Shown piece after piece: positions 51,029 to 59,633 of a stretch of 64,000 nt of DNA. Position numbers and translations under genes: made by a program. Origin of the DNA: Candidatus Latescibacterota bacterium (lineage in GTDB: Bacteria > Latescibacterota > UBA2968). The stretch lies in NCBI GenBank assembly GCA_965222605.1, contig OZ244960.1, positions 4,160,001-4,224,000 on the forward strand, written 5' to 3'. Within the stretch, counting starts at the first letter, position 1; each line of letters begins with the position of its first letter. The notes beneath the pieces were generated by a model. It was given only the letters and a program-made list of their open reading frames with translations, made no database searches and was not told the origin of the DNA.

Positions 51029-51108
51029 CTGGACGCCTGCTTAAGGCATGCAGGCGTGACGATAGGAATAGCACCCGTCATCGCGGCATGTTTTTAGCCG
51101 CGATCCAG
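51029..51108. repeat. pair of oppositely oriented REP-like hairpins
   Basis: 51029-51061 (reverse complement CGTCA-CGCCTGC-ATGCCTTAA-GCAGGCG-TCCAG) and 51076-51108 (CGTCA-TCGCGGC-ATGTTTTTA-GCCGCGA-TCCAG). Confidence 0.7.
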
Positions 51109-51194
51109 AAGGGTTTTTGTCATTACTATCGTTGTGGTATTGTAAGTGGTCAGTTCCTCCGTCCCTACTGATCCTGAAATCACTTATGACGTAT

Positions 51195-51373
51195 CTGACG
51201 TTACGCATAGGCAGAATATAATGCGCCTGTCATTCTGAGCGGAGCGCAGCGGAGTCGAAGGAGCGGTGTACAACTGCGATAGCAGTTCATCTATGACTTC
51301 AGAGGTATAAGATGCTTCGTCACCCTATCGGCCTCCTCAGCATGACAGAAACGCGAGACCTGCGTAACATCAG
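51195..51373. mobile_element. MITE-like element, 179 bp
   Basis: Terminal inverted repeats CTGACGTTACGCA / TGCGTAACATCAG (12/13 match); nested inverted pair TGTCATTCTGAG...CTCAGCATGACA; no ORF. Confidence 0.55.
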
Positions 51374-51474
51374 TGATGTAATTTAATACATCTTTTGCTT
51401 GAAGCAAGTTATTGTACTATGCTACATTTTCTTTGACTTGTCGTTTTTTGATTGCCATTTTGTCTTTTAAGACC

Positions 51475-52338
51475 ATGATTCGACTTCCCGAAAATATCAA
51501 AGTAGTGCTTTTCCGTTTTTGCACGCGTTTTCAGCACTGGCTCAGAGCGGCTTTGCGTCGCGTGCGGTATCTGCGTTCGTTGGTGGTGACGCTGATTCTG
51601 GTAGCCCTGATCGGTGGAGGTGTTGCCTGGAGCGAATACCGCACCAATTGGTTTGCCCGACGCCTGGGGGCATTTTTACTTTCGACCAATGCTCTGCGTC
51701 CTGAAAGCGGTGCGCTCTGGAAAGATATTCAAGCACAGGTGAGAACTCAGCAAGCCATTGATATAGCCGATCCTTTGCCTATGCCTCGAACGGGTTTGTC
51801 CAATGCTGTTACAAGTAGTCGTTTTGAAGGTTCGCGCGTGCCCGAAACGGGTGTTCCAGGCTATGTCGCTATTTACAAGATACATTTGCCCGGCGTTGAT
51901 CTCAATACCAGACCGCTCGGCGATGTGATCGCCAGTTTGCGCGTTTACCATCAGGGGCTTGCGATTGTCAAAGCATTGCATCTGCCAGATGTGTATTTCC
52001 ACGCCGAGGTGCGCAAACAGATCGATCACCTCTACGCCCAGGTGGGCGATATTGAGACTGTCGCACCGGATAGCACGGCTTGGGCCGATAGCCTGGGGGT
52101 GGTGGATCCCGATTCGCTCAAGGCTGCTGTTTTTTTGGAATTTGCCACCGCTGTTATTCCCGATTTGAGACAGCGCAAAAAAGATGCTCTGATCGATGCT
52201 TATGAAAATGGAGAGATCGCGCAAATTTTTTTGTACCGCGATCTCGGGCGTTTTCGCGGTGAACTTTTCCGCGAGGGAAGTCAGGTTCCTGTTGTCTTTG
52301 AAATTGAGGCCAGTGCTGTTTCTGAAATTGTGGAGTAA
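51475..52338 (+). CDS. hypothetical membrane-anchored protein upstream of the PBP gene
   Basis: Long ORF with one TM segment, ending 11 bp before the PBP gene. Confidence 0.6.
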   Translation: MIRLPENIKVVLFRFCTRFQHWLRAALRRVRYLRSLVVTLILVALIGGGVAWSEYRTNWFARRLGAFLLSTNALRPESGALWKDIQAQVRTQQAIDIADPLPMPRTGLSNAVTSSRFEGSRVPETGVPGYVAIYKIHLPGVDLNTRPLGDVIASLRVYHQGLAIVKALHLPDVYFHAEVRKQIDHLYAQVGDIETVAPDSTAWADSLGVVDPDSLKAAVFLEFATAVIPDLRQRKKDALIDAYENGEIAQIFLYRDLGRFRGELFREGSQVPVVFEIEASAVSEIVE

Positions 52339-52349
52339 TTGTACACCTT

Positions 52350-54428
52350 ATGAATTTAATCTCACATCGCGGCTTCTTTCTCGCACTTTTGCTCATTGCC
52401 GATGTTTTGCTCATTGTATTGGGCGCGGCATGCTGGCTTGTGATTACTTTGCCGAGGCTGCCCGACGATCCAAATAGCTTATTGGCGGAGTCCGGGATCA
52501 ATATTTACGCAGCTTCTGGGGAGTTGCTCTATACTGTTAATCAGCGCGTTGGTCGCGTTGGGCTCGACGAGGTGCATCCGCATTTTATCCAGGCTGTGCT
52601 GGCTATTGAAGATGCGGATTTTTATCATCACCGCGGGTATAGTATTAAAGGCATGATCGGTGCTTTTTTTAATAATATTCGAGACTGGGGCAGGGTGCGG
52701 GGAGGGAGCACGCTCACGCAGCAGATTGTAAAAAATATCTTTCTCACGCGAGAAAAATTTTATGTGCGAAAATTAAAAGAAGTACTTCTCGCAACGCAAC
52801 TCGAAGCCCTTTTTGAACGCCACTATGGTGCGGGCTATAAAGACCGGTTGCTCGAGATTTATATTAATGGCAGTTTCTACGGTGCCAATGCTTATGGTAT
52901 TGCCGATGCAGCGCAGACCTATTTTGGCAAGGGTGCCGCGGAACTCATGCTTCTCGAATCTGCTATACTTGCCGGGCTTCCCAATGCGCCGAGTGTGCTC
53001 AATCCTTTTCGCAAAGACCAATCTCGCGTTCTGGCGCGTGCTATGCTCGTCTTAAACCGCATGCAGGCATTGGGTTTTATTAGCGCAGAAGAAGTCCAAA
53101 ATGCACTGGCATCGGAATTGCAACTCGTCTCTGAACGTATGCCTCAAAATCGAACCCCATATTTTGTCGAGACTGTTAAAGCCGAGGTTACACGCCTGTG
53201 GGGTGCTTCGGCGCTGAGTTTTGGCGGGTTGAATATTTATACGACGCTCGATTTGTCCATGCAACAGGCTGCGGAACGAGCCGTAGTTAGAGGTTTAGCC
53301 GATCTGGATGTGCGTTTGGGATTTTCAGACTATGGCAGTGCGTCATCTGATCAACGCGCCAATTATGTTCAGGGCGCGTTGATCTGCTTAGACCCGCGCA
53401 CCGGACATGTCAAAGCTATGGTGGGTGGGCGCGATATTTTTATTAGCTATTACAACCGCGCCACTCAAGCGCGTCGTCAACCGGGTTCGGGTTTTAAACC
53501 TTTTGTATATCTGGCGGCTTTTGAAAGCGGTGCCGTATCGCCGGTTTCTCTTTTTTACGACGAGCCGCGCACCTATCGCGTGAACGATGAAGACTGGACG
53601 CCCAAAAATTTTGCAGATAAATATCTGGGGCTTACCACTGCCGCGAATGCACTGGTCAAATCGGCAAATGCGACGAGTGTGCAAATTGCCATGGAAATAG
53701 GTCCCGATCGCATTGTCGATCTGGCTCAGCGTCTGGGTGTTCAGAGCCAGCTCAAACCGTTTCCCAGTATTGCCCTGGGCGCGCAGGAAGTCACTTTGCT
53801 CGATATGGCTGTTGCTTATGGCGCGATTGCCAGTTATGGATTTCGCGTGATGCCGACATTTATCACAAGGATTGAGGATACCACAGGGCAACCGCACTAT
53901 GTGCATCGGCCAAATCCCATGCTTGTTATCGATCCCGAACAGGCGGTGATTATGGTCAATTTGATGCAGCATGTTGTCAACCGCGGCACGGGTCGCGCGA
54001 TTCGCGCGTTTGGGTTTCAGGGTGCTGCTGCGGGGAAAACTGGTACTACAAATGACAATACAGATGCCTGGTTCACGGGTTTTACGCCCAGTCTAGTCGC
54101 CAGTGTGTGGATTGGGTTTGACAACCGCGAGGGCCGCCGTCGGCTGGTCGAGAGAAGGAGCGGACGCCAGATTACCGGCGGCAGTGGCGCGGCACCGATA
54201 TGGGCTGCGTTTATGAAGAGCATCGATAAACCATCGCAGGACTTTATCACGCCTACAGGCGTTGCCGCGCATACTGTGAATTTGCGGAGCGGTATTGCCG
54301 ATACTTCTGATGGGGCTGTCACCCTCGTCCTGCCCGAAGGCGTTGCGCCCAATATGCCGGCGGATACATTGAGGTTTTTGCGGTCGGAGAGAGAAGCAAC
54401 CCTCCAGTCCCCGGTCACCAGCCCGTAG
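52350..54428 (+). CDS. class A penicillin-binding protein (PBP1A family, transglycosylase + transpeptidase)
   Basis: EDADFYHH.G, GGSTLTQQ, RKLKE; SGFK (SxxK), SAN, KTGT. Confidence 0.95.
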   Translation: MNLISHRGFFLALLLIADVLLIVLGAACWLVITLPRLPDDPNSLLAESGINIYAASGELLYTVNQRVGRVGLDEVHPHFIQAVLAIEDADFYHHRGYSIKGMIGAFFNNIRDWGRVRGGSTLTQQIVKNIFLTREKFYVRKLKEVLLATQLEALFERHYGAGYKDRLLEIYINGSFYGANAYGIADAAQTYFGKGAAELMLLESAILAGLPNAPSVLNPFRKDQSRVLARAMLVLNRMQALGFISAEEVQNALASELQLVSERMPQNRTPYFVETVKAEVTRLWGASALSFGGLNIYTTLDLSMQQAAERAVVRGLADLDVRLGFSDYGSASSDQRANYVQGALICLDPRTGHVKAMVGGRDIFISYYNRATQARRQPGSGFKPFVYLAAFESGAVSPVSLFYDEPRTYRVNDEDWTPKNFADKYLGLTTAANALVKSANATSVQIAMEIGPDRIVDLAQRLGVQSQLKPFPSIALGAQEVTLLDMAVAYGAIASYGFRVMPTFITRIEDTTGQPHYVHRPNPMLVIDPEQAVIMVNLMQHVVNRGTGRAIRAFGFQGAAAGKTGTTNDNTDAWFTGFTPSLVASVWIGFDNREGRRRLVERRSGRQITGGSGAAPIWAAFMKSIDKPSQDFITPTGVAAHTVNLRSGIADTSDGAVTLVLPEGVAPNMPADTLRFLRSEREATLQSPVTSP
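53549..54379 (+). repeat. 831-bp direct repeat, copy 1 (PBP 3' part)
   Basis: Aligns to 57025-57855 (offset 3476) with about 29 substitutions by manual count and no indels seen. Confidence 0.92.
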
Positions 54429-54475
54429 TGGTCTTTCAAATAAGTTTCTTCCCTTACTCACTCCTATCAACAGAG

Positions 54476-54509
54476 CCGTCATCGCGGCATGGTTTTAGCC
54501 GCGATCCAG
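54476..54509. repeat. REP-like hairpin, same family as 51075-51108
   Basis: CCGTCATCGCGGCATGGTTTTAGCCGCGATCCAG, one mismatch to 51075-51108. Confidence 0.75.
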
Positions 54510-54663
54510 TCTACCGTGGTTCATTCTATCAAATAAGATAGCAAATTTTTTCACGGACCACTTCGCCCCTCTTTGTACCCCGCTGACGATTCCGTAAGAA
54601 GTGTTGCGCGTTATGGGGTGGGTCAAAAATGCTTGCTAATCGCGCCCCCAAATATATCTTATA

Positions 54664-54699
54664 TGCAATCGTATGTGCAATCGTATGTGCAATCGTATG
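54664..54699 (+). repeat. 12-bp tandem repeat x3
   Basis: TGCAATCGTATG three times exactly, ending 30 bp before ATG 54730. Confidence 0.9.
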
Positions 54700-54729
54700 T
54701 GTATTTTTTTCCTGTAAAGGGATATAAAA

Positions 54730-57018
54730 ATGAAATTCAAGAGAAAATCCGTTGTTGGATTGTTGGTGGCGATGGGGATTGTTTTCGCAGGGATTGGTTT
54801 TGTTTATGCCCAAACCGCAGCGGATGCGGATTATGATGGCGATGGCATAGTTGGGGTTGAAGATTTCTTGTTGTTTATCGCTAAATTTGGGACCAGTCAG
54901 GGCGATGGGAAATACGAGGCAAAGTACGATCTGGATGGTGATGGACAGGTGAATGTGGCAGACTTTTTGGTGTTCGTTGGGTTTTTTGGTCAAAGAATTG
55001 GTCCTAATCTACCGCCAGTGGCATTAGCAGGGGAAGACCAAAGCGTAGATAAACGCGAAACCATCACATTGGATGGGAGTAATAGCAGCGACCCCGAAGG
55101 ACGACCGTTGTCCTTTACTTGGCGACAAATCGAAGGTACACAAGTCGCCCTATCCGATCCTGAAATCGCCCGTCCAACATTTAGCACACTTGACCCCGGT
55201 AATTATGCGTTTGAGTTGGTGGTGCATGACGGGGCTACTGCCAGCGTGCCTGATACGGTTGTCGTTGAAATAGTATCCATTGCAGACGTGGCGGTAAAGG
55301 TGGGAAGTCCTGACGCTGCGTTTATGTATAAAGAGACGACGGGCAATCAGATGACCTTTGCGCTGCAAGGCACTGCGCCACCGGTGCAAGTTGGCGAGGT
55401 CATGGTCAATACGGTTGAACCCTATTTCTTAAAAAAAGTGACTCAGGTGGTTAGCCGGGACGCAAACGAACTGGTTGTCGAGACCGAAGACGCTGCGCTG
55501 ACTGATGTCATAGAAACAGCGTCAATCCGCCGTACCTTTCGTTTTCCTGCGACAAAACTTGCTCTGGCAAGTCCAATACCCATTACCCTGCATACAGATG
55601 CTTCTGCAACGCTGCGTGTAACGACTTGCGATATTTCGTTTTCGCCAGAGTATGAGATTAAGGCGGACATAGATGGTTTCAAATTGAAGTCTTTTAAGGC
55701 AGGGATAAAAGGCGATCTTGTTGCCACATTGGGCATAGGGTTGGAAGCGCAACAGGCATTTAGCCAGAACGCTGAAAAAGATGTGGCGGTAAAGACCTTT
55801 ACGACGCTGTTCTGGATTGGCCCTGTTCCTGTTCCCGTCATTGTGCGGGCAGCATTTGGGGTCGGTGCGACTTTTAGTGCCGAAGTTGCGGGCAGCATCA
55901 CCGCGGGCATTACACTGACGAAGCCCGTAGAGATAGGCACAGAATACAAAGGCGGCGCATGGCAAGAACAGACGGGCGGTGCTGAAGGAACTTACCAGGC
56001 ACTGGGCCCCACGGTAGATATACGAGGGGCGGCTGCGATTCGCGGCTATGTGCGTGGGCAATTGGATGTGAAGGTATTAGGCGTGGCAGGGCCTTATTTT
56101 GGCGTAAAGCCTTATTTCGGGTTTGTTGCAAAAACAAATCAAGAAAAGAAACAGATCGACTGGACGTTACATGCCGGTGCTGATGGATATGTGGGGGTAA
56201 AAGCTACTCTTTTCGATAAAATAGACGTGGCTGAACGTGTTGCCGACAAATCTTGGGACTTCAACCTCTTTATGGCTCTTTTGAAAGAAGGGTTTATTCC
56301 GTTGGACGAGATAGAAATGGTATGGATAGAGCCGGGAACATTTCAGATGGGAACGCCTTTATCGCAAGGGGTTTCTTTTTCGGAAAATGAGAGACCAGTA
56401 CACGAGGTGACGATCAGCCAGGGATTCTACATAGGGAAGTATGAGGTGACGCAGGGGCAGTGGGAGCGTGTGATGGGTACGCGCCCTTGGCAAGGTGAGG
56501 TTTATGTGCGTTCTGGCTCGAGTTATCCTGCGGTGTATGTATCGTGGGAGGATGCTCAGGAATTTATCCGTCGTTTGAATGCGTCGTTGAATTCGGATGT
56601 ATATCGTTTGCCAACAGAGGCAGAGTGGGAGTATGTGTGTCGGGCTGGGACAACGACGCGTTGGTCTTTTGGTGATGATGAGAGCCAATTGGGGCATTAT
56701 GCGTGGTATTATGATAATGCGTGGGATGTGGGAGAGAGGTATGGTCATCGCGTAGGAACAAAGCGAGCGAATCCCTGGGGCTTGTATGACATGCATGGCA
56801 ATGTGTGGGAGTGGGTGCAGGATTGGTATGGTAGTACTTATTATAGTTCTTCTCCATCGGTGGATCCGGCTGGTCCGTCGTCAGGCTCGCATCGCGTTCT
56901 CCGGGGCGGCGCCTTCGGCCACGGCGCCCAGGATGTGCGGTCGGCGGCTCGCCATCGCCATTCGCCCAGCGCCCACTACGGCGGCTTTGGGTTTCGACTT
57001 CTGAGACAGGTCCCGTAG
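54730..57018 (+). CDS. secreted multidomain protein: dockerin/EF-hand-like + PKD-like + unknown beta-rich region + FGE-sulfatase (CLec) domain; candidate DGR target
   Basis: Signal peptide; DYDGDGIVG.EDFL.F...FG / YDLDGDGQV...DFLVF; N.PPVA.AG.DQ...LDGS.SSDP; F.MG, YEVTQ.QW, RLPTEAEWEY, NPWGLYDMHGNVWEW, RGG...GFR. Confidence 0.88.
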   Translation: MKFKRKSVVGLLVAMGIVFAGIGFVYAQTAADADYDGDGIVGVEDFLLFIAKFGTSQGDGKYEAKYDLDGDGQVNVADFLVFVGFFGQRIGPNLPPVALAGEDQSVDKRETITLDGSNSSDPEGRPLSFTWRQIEGTQVALSDPEIARPTFSTLDPGNYAFELVVHDGATASVPDTVVVEIVSIADVAVKVGSPDAAFMYKETTGNQMTFALQGTAPPVQVGEVMVNTVEPYFLKKVTQVVSRDANELVVETEDAALTDVIETASIRRTFRFPATKLALASPIPITLHTDASATLRVTTCDISFSPEYEIKADIDGFKLKSFKAGIKGDLVATLGIGLEAQQAFSQNAEKDVAVKTFTTLFWIGPVPVPVIVRAAFGVGATFSAEVAGSITAGITLTKPVEIGTEYKGGAWQEQTGGAEGTYQALGPTVDIRGAAAIRGYVRGQLDVKVLGVAGPYFGVKPYFGFVAKTNQEKKQIDWTLHAGADGYVGVKATLFDKIDVAERVADKSWDFNLFMALLKEGFIPLDEIEMVWIEPGTFQMGTPLSQGVSFSENERPVHEVTISQGFYIGKYEVTQGQWERVMGTRPWQGEVYVRSGSSYPAVYVSWEDAQEFIRRLNASLNSDVYRLPTEAEWEYVCRAGTTTRWSFGDDESQLGHYAWYYDNAWDVGERYGHRVGTKRANPWGLYDMHGNVWEWVQDWYGSTYYSSSPSVDPAGPSSGSHRVLRGGAFGHGAQDVRSAARHRHSPSAHYGGFGFRLLRQVP
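56887..57018 (+). other. putative DGR variable region (VR)
   Basis: Abrupt switch to GC-rich NNC/NNT codons at the positions where DGR templates carry AAC/AAT, within the RGG...RS..R...GFR scaffold. Confidence 0.6.
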
Positions 57019-57024
57019 CTCTTT

Positions 57025-57871
57025 TCTTTTTTACGACGAGCCGCGCACCTATCGCGTGAACGATGAAGACTGGACGCCTAAAAATTTTGCAGATAAATAT
57101 CTGGGGCTTACGACTGCGGCGAATGCACTGGTCAAATCGGCGAATGCGACGAGTGTGCAAATTGCCATGGAAATAGGTCCCGATCGCATTGTCGATCTGG
57201 CTCAGCGCCTGGGCATTCAGAGCCAACTCAGACCGTTTCCCAGTATTGCCTTGGGCGCGCAGGAAGTCACTTTGCTCGATATGGCCGTTGCTTATGGCGC
57301 GATTGCCAGTTATGGATTTCGCGTGATGCCGACATTTATCACAAGGATTGAGGATACCACAGGGCAACCGCACTATGTGCATCGGCCAAATCCCATGCTT
57401 GTTATCGATCCCGAACAGGCGGTGATTATGGTCAATTTGATGCAGCATGTTGTCAACCGCGGCACGGGTCGCGCGATTCGCGCGTTTGGGTTTCAGGGTG
57501 CTGCTGCGGGGAAAACTGGTACTACAAATGACAATACAGATGCCTGGTTCACGGGTTTTACACCCGATCTGGTTGCCAGTGTGTGGATTGGGTTTGACAA
57601 CCGCGAGGGCCGCCGGCGGCTGATCGAGAAAAGGAGCAGACGCCAGATTACCGGCGGTAGTGGCGCGGCACCGATATGGGCGGCGTTTATGAAGAGCATC
57701 GATAAACCATCGCATGACTTTATCACGCCTACAGGCGTTGCCGCGCATACTGTGATTTTGCGGAGTGGTATTGCCGATACTTCTGATGGGGCTGTCACCC
57801 TCTTTCTGCCCGAAGGTGTTGCGCCCAATACGCCGGCGGATACATTGAGGTTTTTTAGATCGAAAAGGTAA
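57025..57871 (+). pseudogene. 5'-truncated second copy of the PBP1A transpeptidase region with a different C-terminus
   Basis: Begins at (L)FYDEPRTY, downstream of the SxxK serine; ends LRFFRSKR* versus LRFLRSEREATLQSPVTSP* in the full gene. Confidence 0.85.
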
Positions 57872-57896
57872 CGCAAGTTGCGCGGAGAATCACATT

Positions 57897-58679
57897 ATGA
57901 AACGCCTGCCATTTTTAGCTGCTATCATTTCTATACTGTGTCTCACAACCGCCCAGGCCCAATTGCCCGAAGGGATAAAAGCATGCCTCGGCCTTGGCCG
58001 TGTATTTGATATCGCGTATTCGCCAGATGGTACCTGGCTCGCAGTAGCAGGTGAAGCCGGTATTGGGCTATATGATGCACGGACCGGTGCCATAATCCAC
58101 TTACTGACAGGCACAGGGCATACAGGTAGTGTCATTTCCGTGTCTTTTTCTCCTGATGGGACCACCCTCGCCAGTGGAACTAATGGGATTTATAGTGGAG
58201 AGTCGTATGGAGCCGTTCTGTTGTGGGATGTGAACACAGGACAACTCAAAGCACCTCCAGTGTATGGAAGTGTTGTCCTTTCTGTGTCTTTTTCCCCTGA
58301 TGGGAGCACCCTCGCTTGGGGGGGTGAGAATATTAAGTTGTGGGATGTGAACACAGGCCAACTCAAAACAACACTCAAAGGACATGCAAGTAGTGTCCGT
58401 TCCGTATCTTTTTCGCCCGATGGTAGCATTCTTGCCAGTGGGAGTGATGATAAAACCATTCTGCTGTGGGATGTTTCGCCTGTCCCCACTCCCTATCCGG
58501 GTGATTTCGATGACGACCTCAATGTTGACTTTGCCGATTTTCTCGCCTTTGTAGGCGTTTTTGGCCTGTCTTCATCAGATGCCAATTACGATGCCCGTAT
58601 GGATATGAATGGGGATGGTATCATTAATTTTTCCGATTTTCTCATCTTTACCATCATTTTTCGTACAAAATATTCATAA
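57897..58679 (+). CDS. secreted WD40-repeat protein with C-terminal dockerin/EF-hand-like domain
   Basis: Signal peptide; 'SVSFSPDG.TLASG...LWDV' x3-4; GDFDDDLNVDFADFLAF...MDMNGDGIINFSDFLIF. Confidence 0.82.
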   Translation: MKRLPFLAAIISILCLTTAQAQLPEGIKACLGLGRVFDIAYSPDGTWLAVAGEAGIGLYDARTGAIIHLLTGTGHTGSVISVSFSPDGTTLASGTNGIYSGESYGAVLLWDVNTGQLKAPPVYGSVVLSVSFSPDGSTLAWGGENIKLWDVNTGQLKTTLKGHASSVRSVSFSPDGSILASGSDDKTILLWDVSPVPTPYPGDFDDDLNVDFADFLAFVGVFGLSSSDANYDARMDMNGDGIINFSDFLIFTIIFRTKYS

Positions 58680-58719
58680 GCTACAACAGCTTAAACGGAT
58701 GTTAAGCAGTATCGCACTG

Positions 58720-58738
58720 TTGTTCACAACTTGAATTT
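58720..58738 (+). repeat. 19-bp direct repeat (second copy at 60845-60863)
   Basis: TTGTTCACAACTTGAATTT exact at both sites, with partial similarity in the flanks. Confidence 0.8.
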
Positions 58739-58748
58739 TAGAATCACC

Positions 58749-58887
58749 TTTTGACGTGACAGACGCTGGTATAATCCCTACATTTATTTCGCTGACCAGA
58801 GAATCGCGATCTAACGCGGGTTATGGTCCCGGGAACCATCCAAGACATGAAGAACGCAACTATTTACTGACGTGGGAGAAAGGTTAG
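58749..58887 (+). pseudogene. diverged 3'-end fragment of the metallophosphoesterase gene
   Basis: Aligns to 61859-61990 (about 21 differences in 130 bp); reads FDVTDAGIIPTFISLTRESRSNAGYGPGNHPRHEERNYLLTWEKG*. Confidence 0.85.
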
Positions 58888-58928
58888 GAACTTGGGATTG
58901 GATGCGACGAAAAAAGAGGAGAAGCAAG

Positions 58929-59099
58929 ATGAACCATTCGCGCGGACTCGACCCTGTTATCGAGGTGTACAAAAAGGACGTTGATCGAACACTTATTCGC
59001 AGAAATCTCAGACTTTCTCATGAGGAACGGCTGCAAAATGCGATGGAGCTTCAACGCTTTGCACAGGAGTTGCGAAAAGCCGGGCGTCGGAAACAATGA
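58929..59099 (+). CDS. small protein coupled to the nucleotidyltransferase (putative antitoxin/partner)
   Basis: 56 aa with 'DVDRTLIRRNLRLSHEERL'; ATGA overlap with the next gene. Confidence 0.65.
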   Translation: MNHSRGLDPVIEVYKKDVDRTLIRRNLRLSHEERLQNAMELQRFAQELRKAGRRKQ

Positions 59100-59581
59100 C
59101 AGATTTTACCAAGATCCTGCAATTATTGTCTGACCACAGTGTTGAATTTATCATCATCGGTGGGGCAGCAGCTATTGTTCATGGCAGCAGTCGTTTGACA
59201 CAAGACCTTGACGTGGTGTACCGAAGAACTCGTGAGAATATCACACGTCTTTCCAATGCATTGGAGAAACAAAATCCTTATCTGCGTGGCGCACCACCAG
59301 GACTTCCTTTTCATTGGTCAGAAGATACCATTCGAATGGGGCTAAATTTTACTTTGCAAACGGATCTTGGAGATCTTGATTTACTCGGTGAGGTGACAGG
59401 TGGTGGGAAATACGAAGACCTTTTGGATCACACATTTGAGATTGAGGTTTTCGGTGTTCACTGTTTATGTCTCGATCTGGAAACTTTGATCCATGTTAAG
59501 CGAGCGGCAGGCAGACCCAAAGATCTCGAAACAATTTCAGAACTTGAAGCTATTCGAGAAGAGCAACAAAATGCGGAGTGA
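59096..59581 (+). CDS. minimal nucleotidyltransferase-fold protein (DUF6036-like)
   Basis: 'FIIIGGAAA..HG..R.TQDLD' and 'L...KRAAGRPKD' motifs. Confidence 0.8.
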   Translation: MTDFTKILQLLSDHSVEFIIIGGAAAIVHGSSRLTQDLDVVYRRTRENITRLSNALEKQNPYLRGAPPGLPFHWSEDTIRMGLNFTLQTDLGDLDLLGEVTGGGKYEDLLDHTFEIEVFGVHCLCLDLETLIHVKRAAGRPKDLETISELEAIREEQQNAE

Positions 59582-59633
59582 TTTTCATGCTCGTTTGACA
59601 CATTTGGGTCAAACAGGCTTGCCAATAGCACTC

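Noticed and set aside
54664-54699. Tandem repeats as a CRISPR array
   Set aside because: The 12-bp units have no spacers, and no cas genes are present.
53549-57855. PBP duplicate pair as a DGR TR/VR pair
   Set aside because: Too long, and the differences are mostly third-position changes with no adenine specificity.
57056-57871. 271-aa ORF as a functional second PBP
   Set aside because: It lacks the SxxK catalytic serine, membrane anchor, transglycosylase domain and an RBS.
58749-58887. Phosphoesterase 3' copy as a DGR template repeat
   Set aside because: Several differences have A in this copy, but many do not (C/T, T/G, C/G). There are no AAC arrays and no RT, so it fits a diverged allele better.
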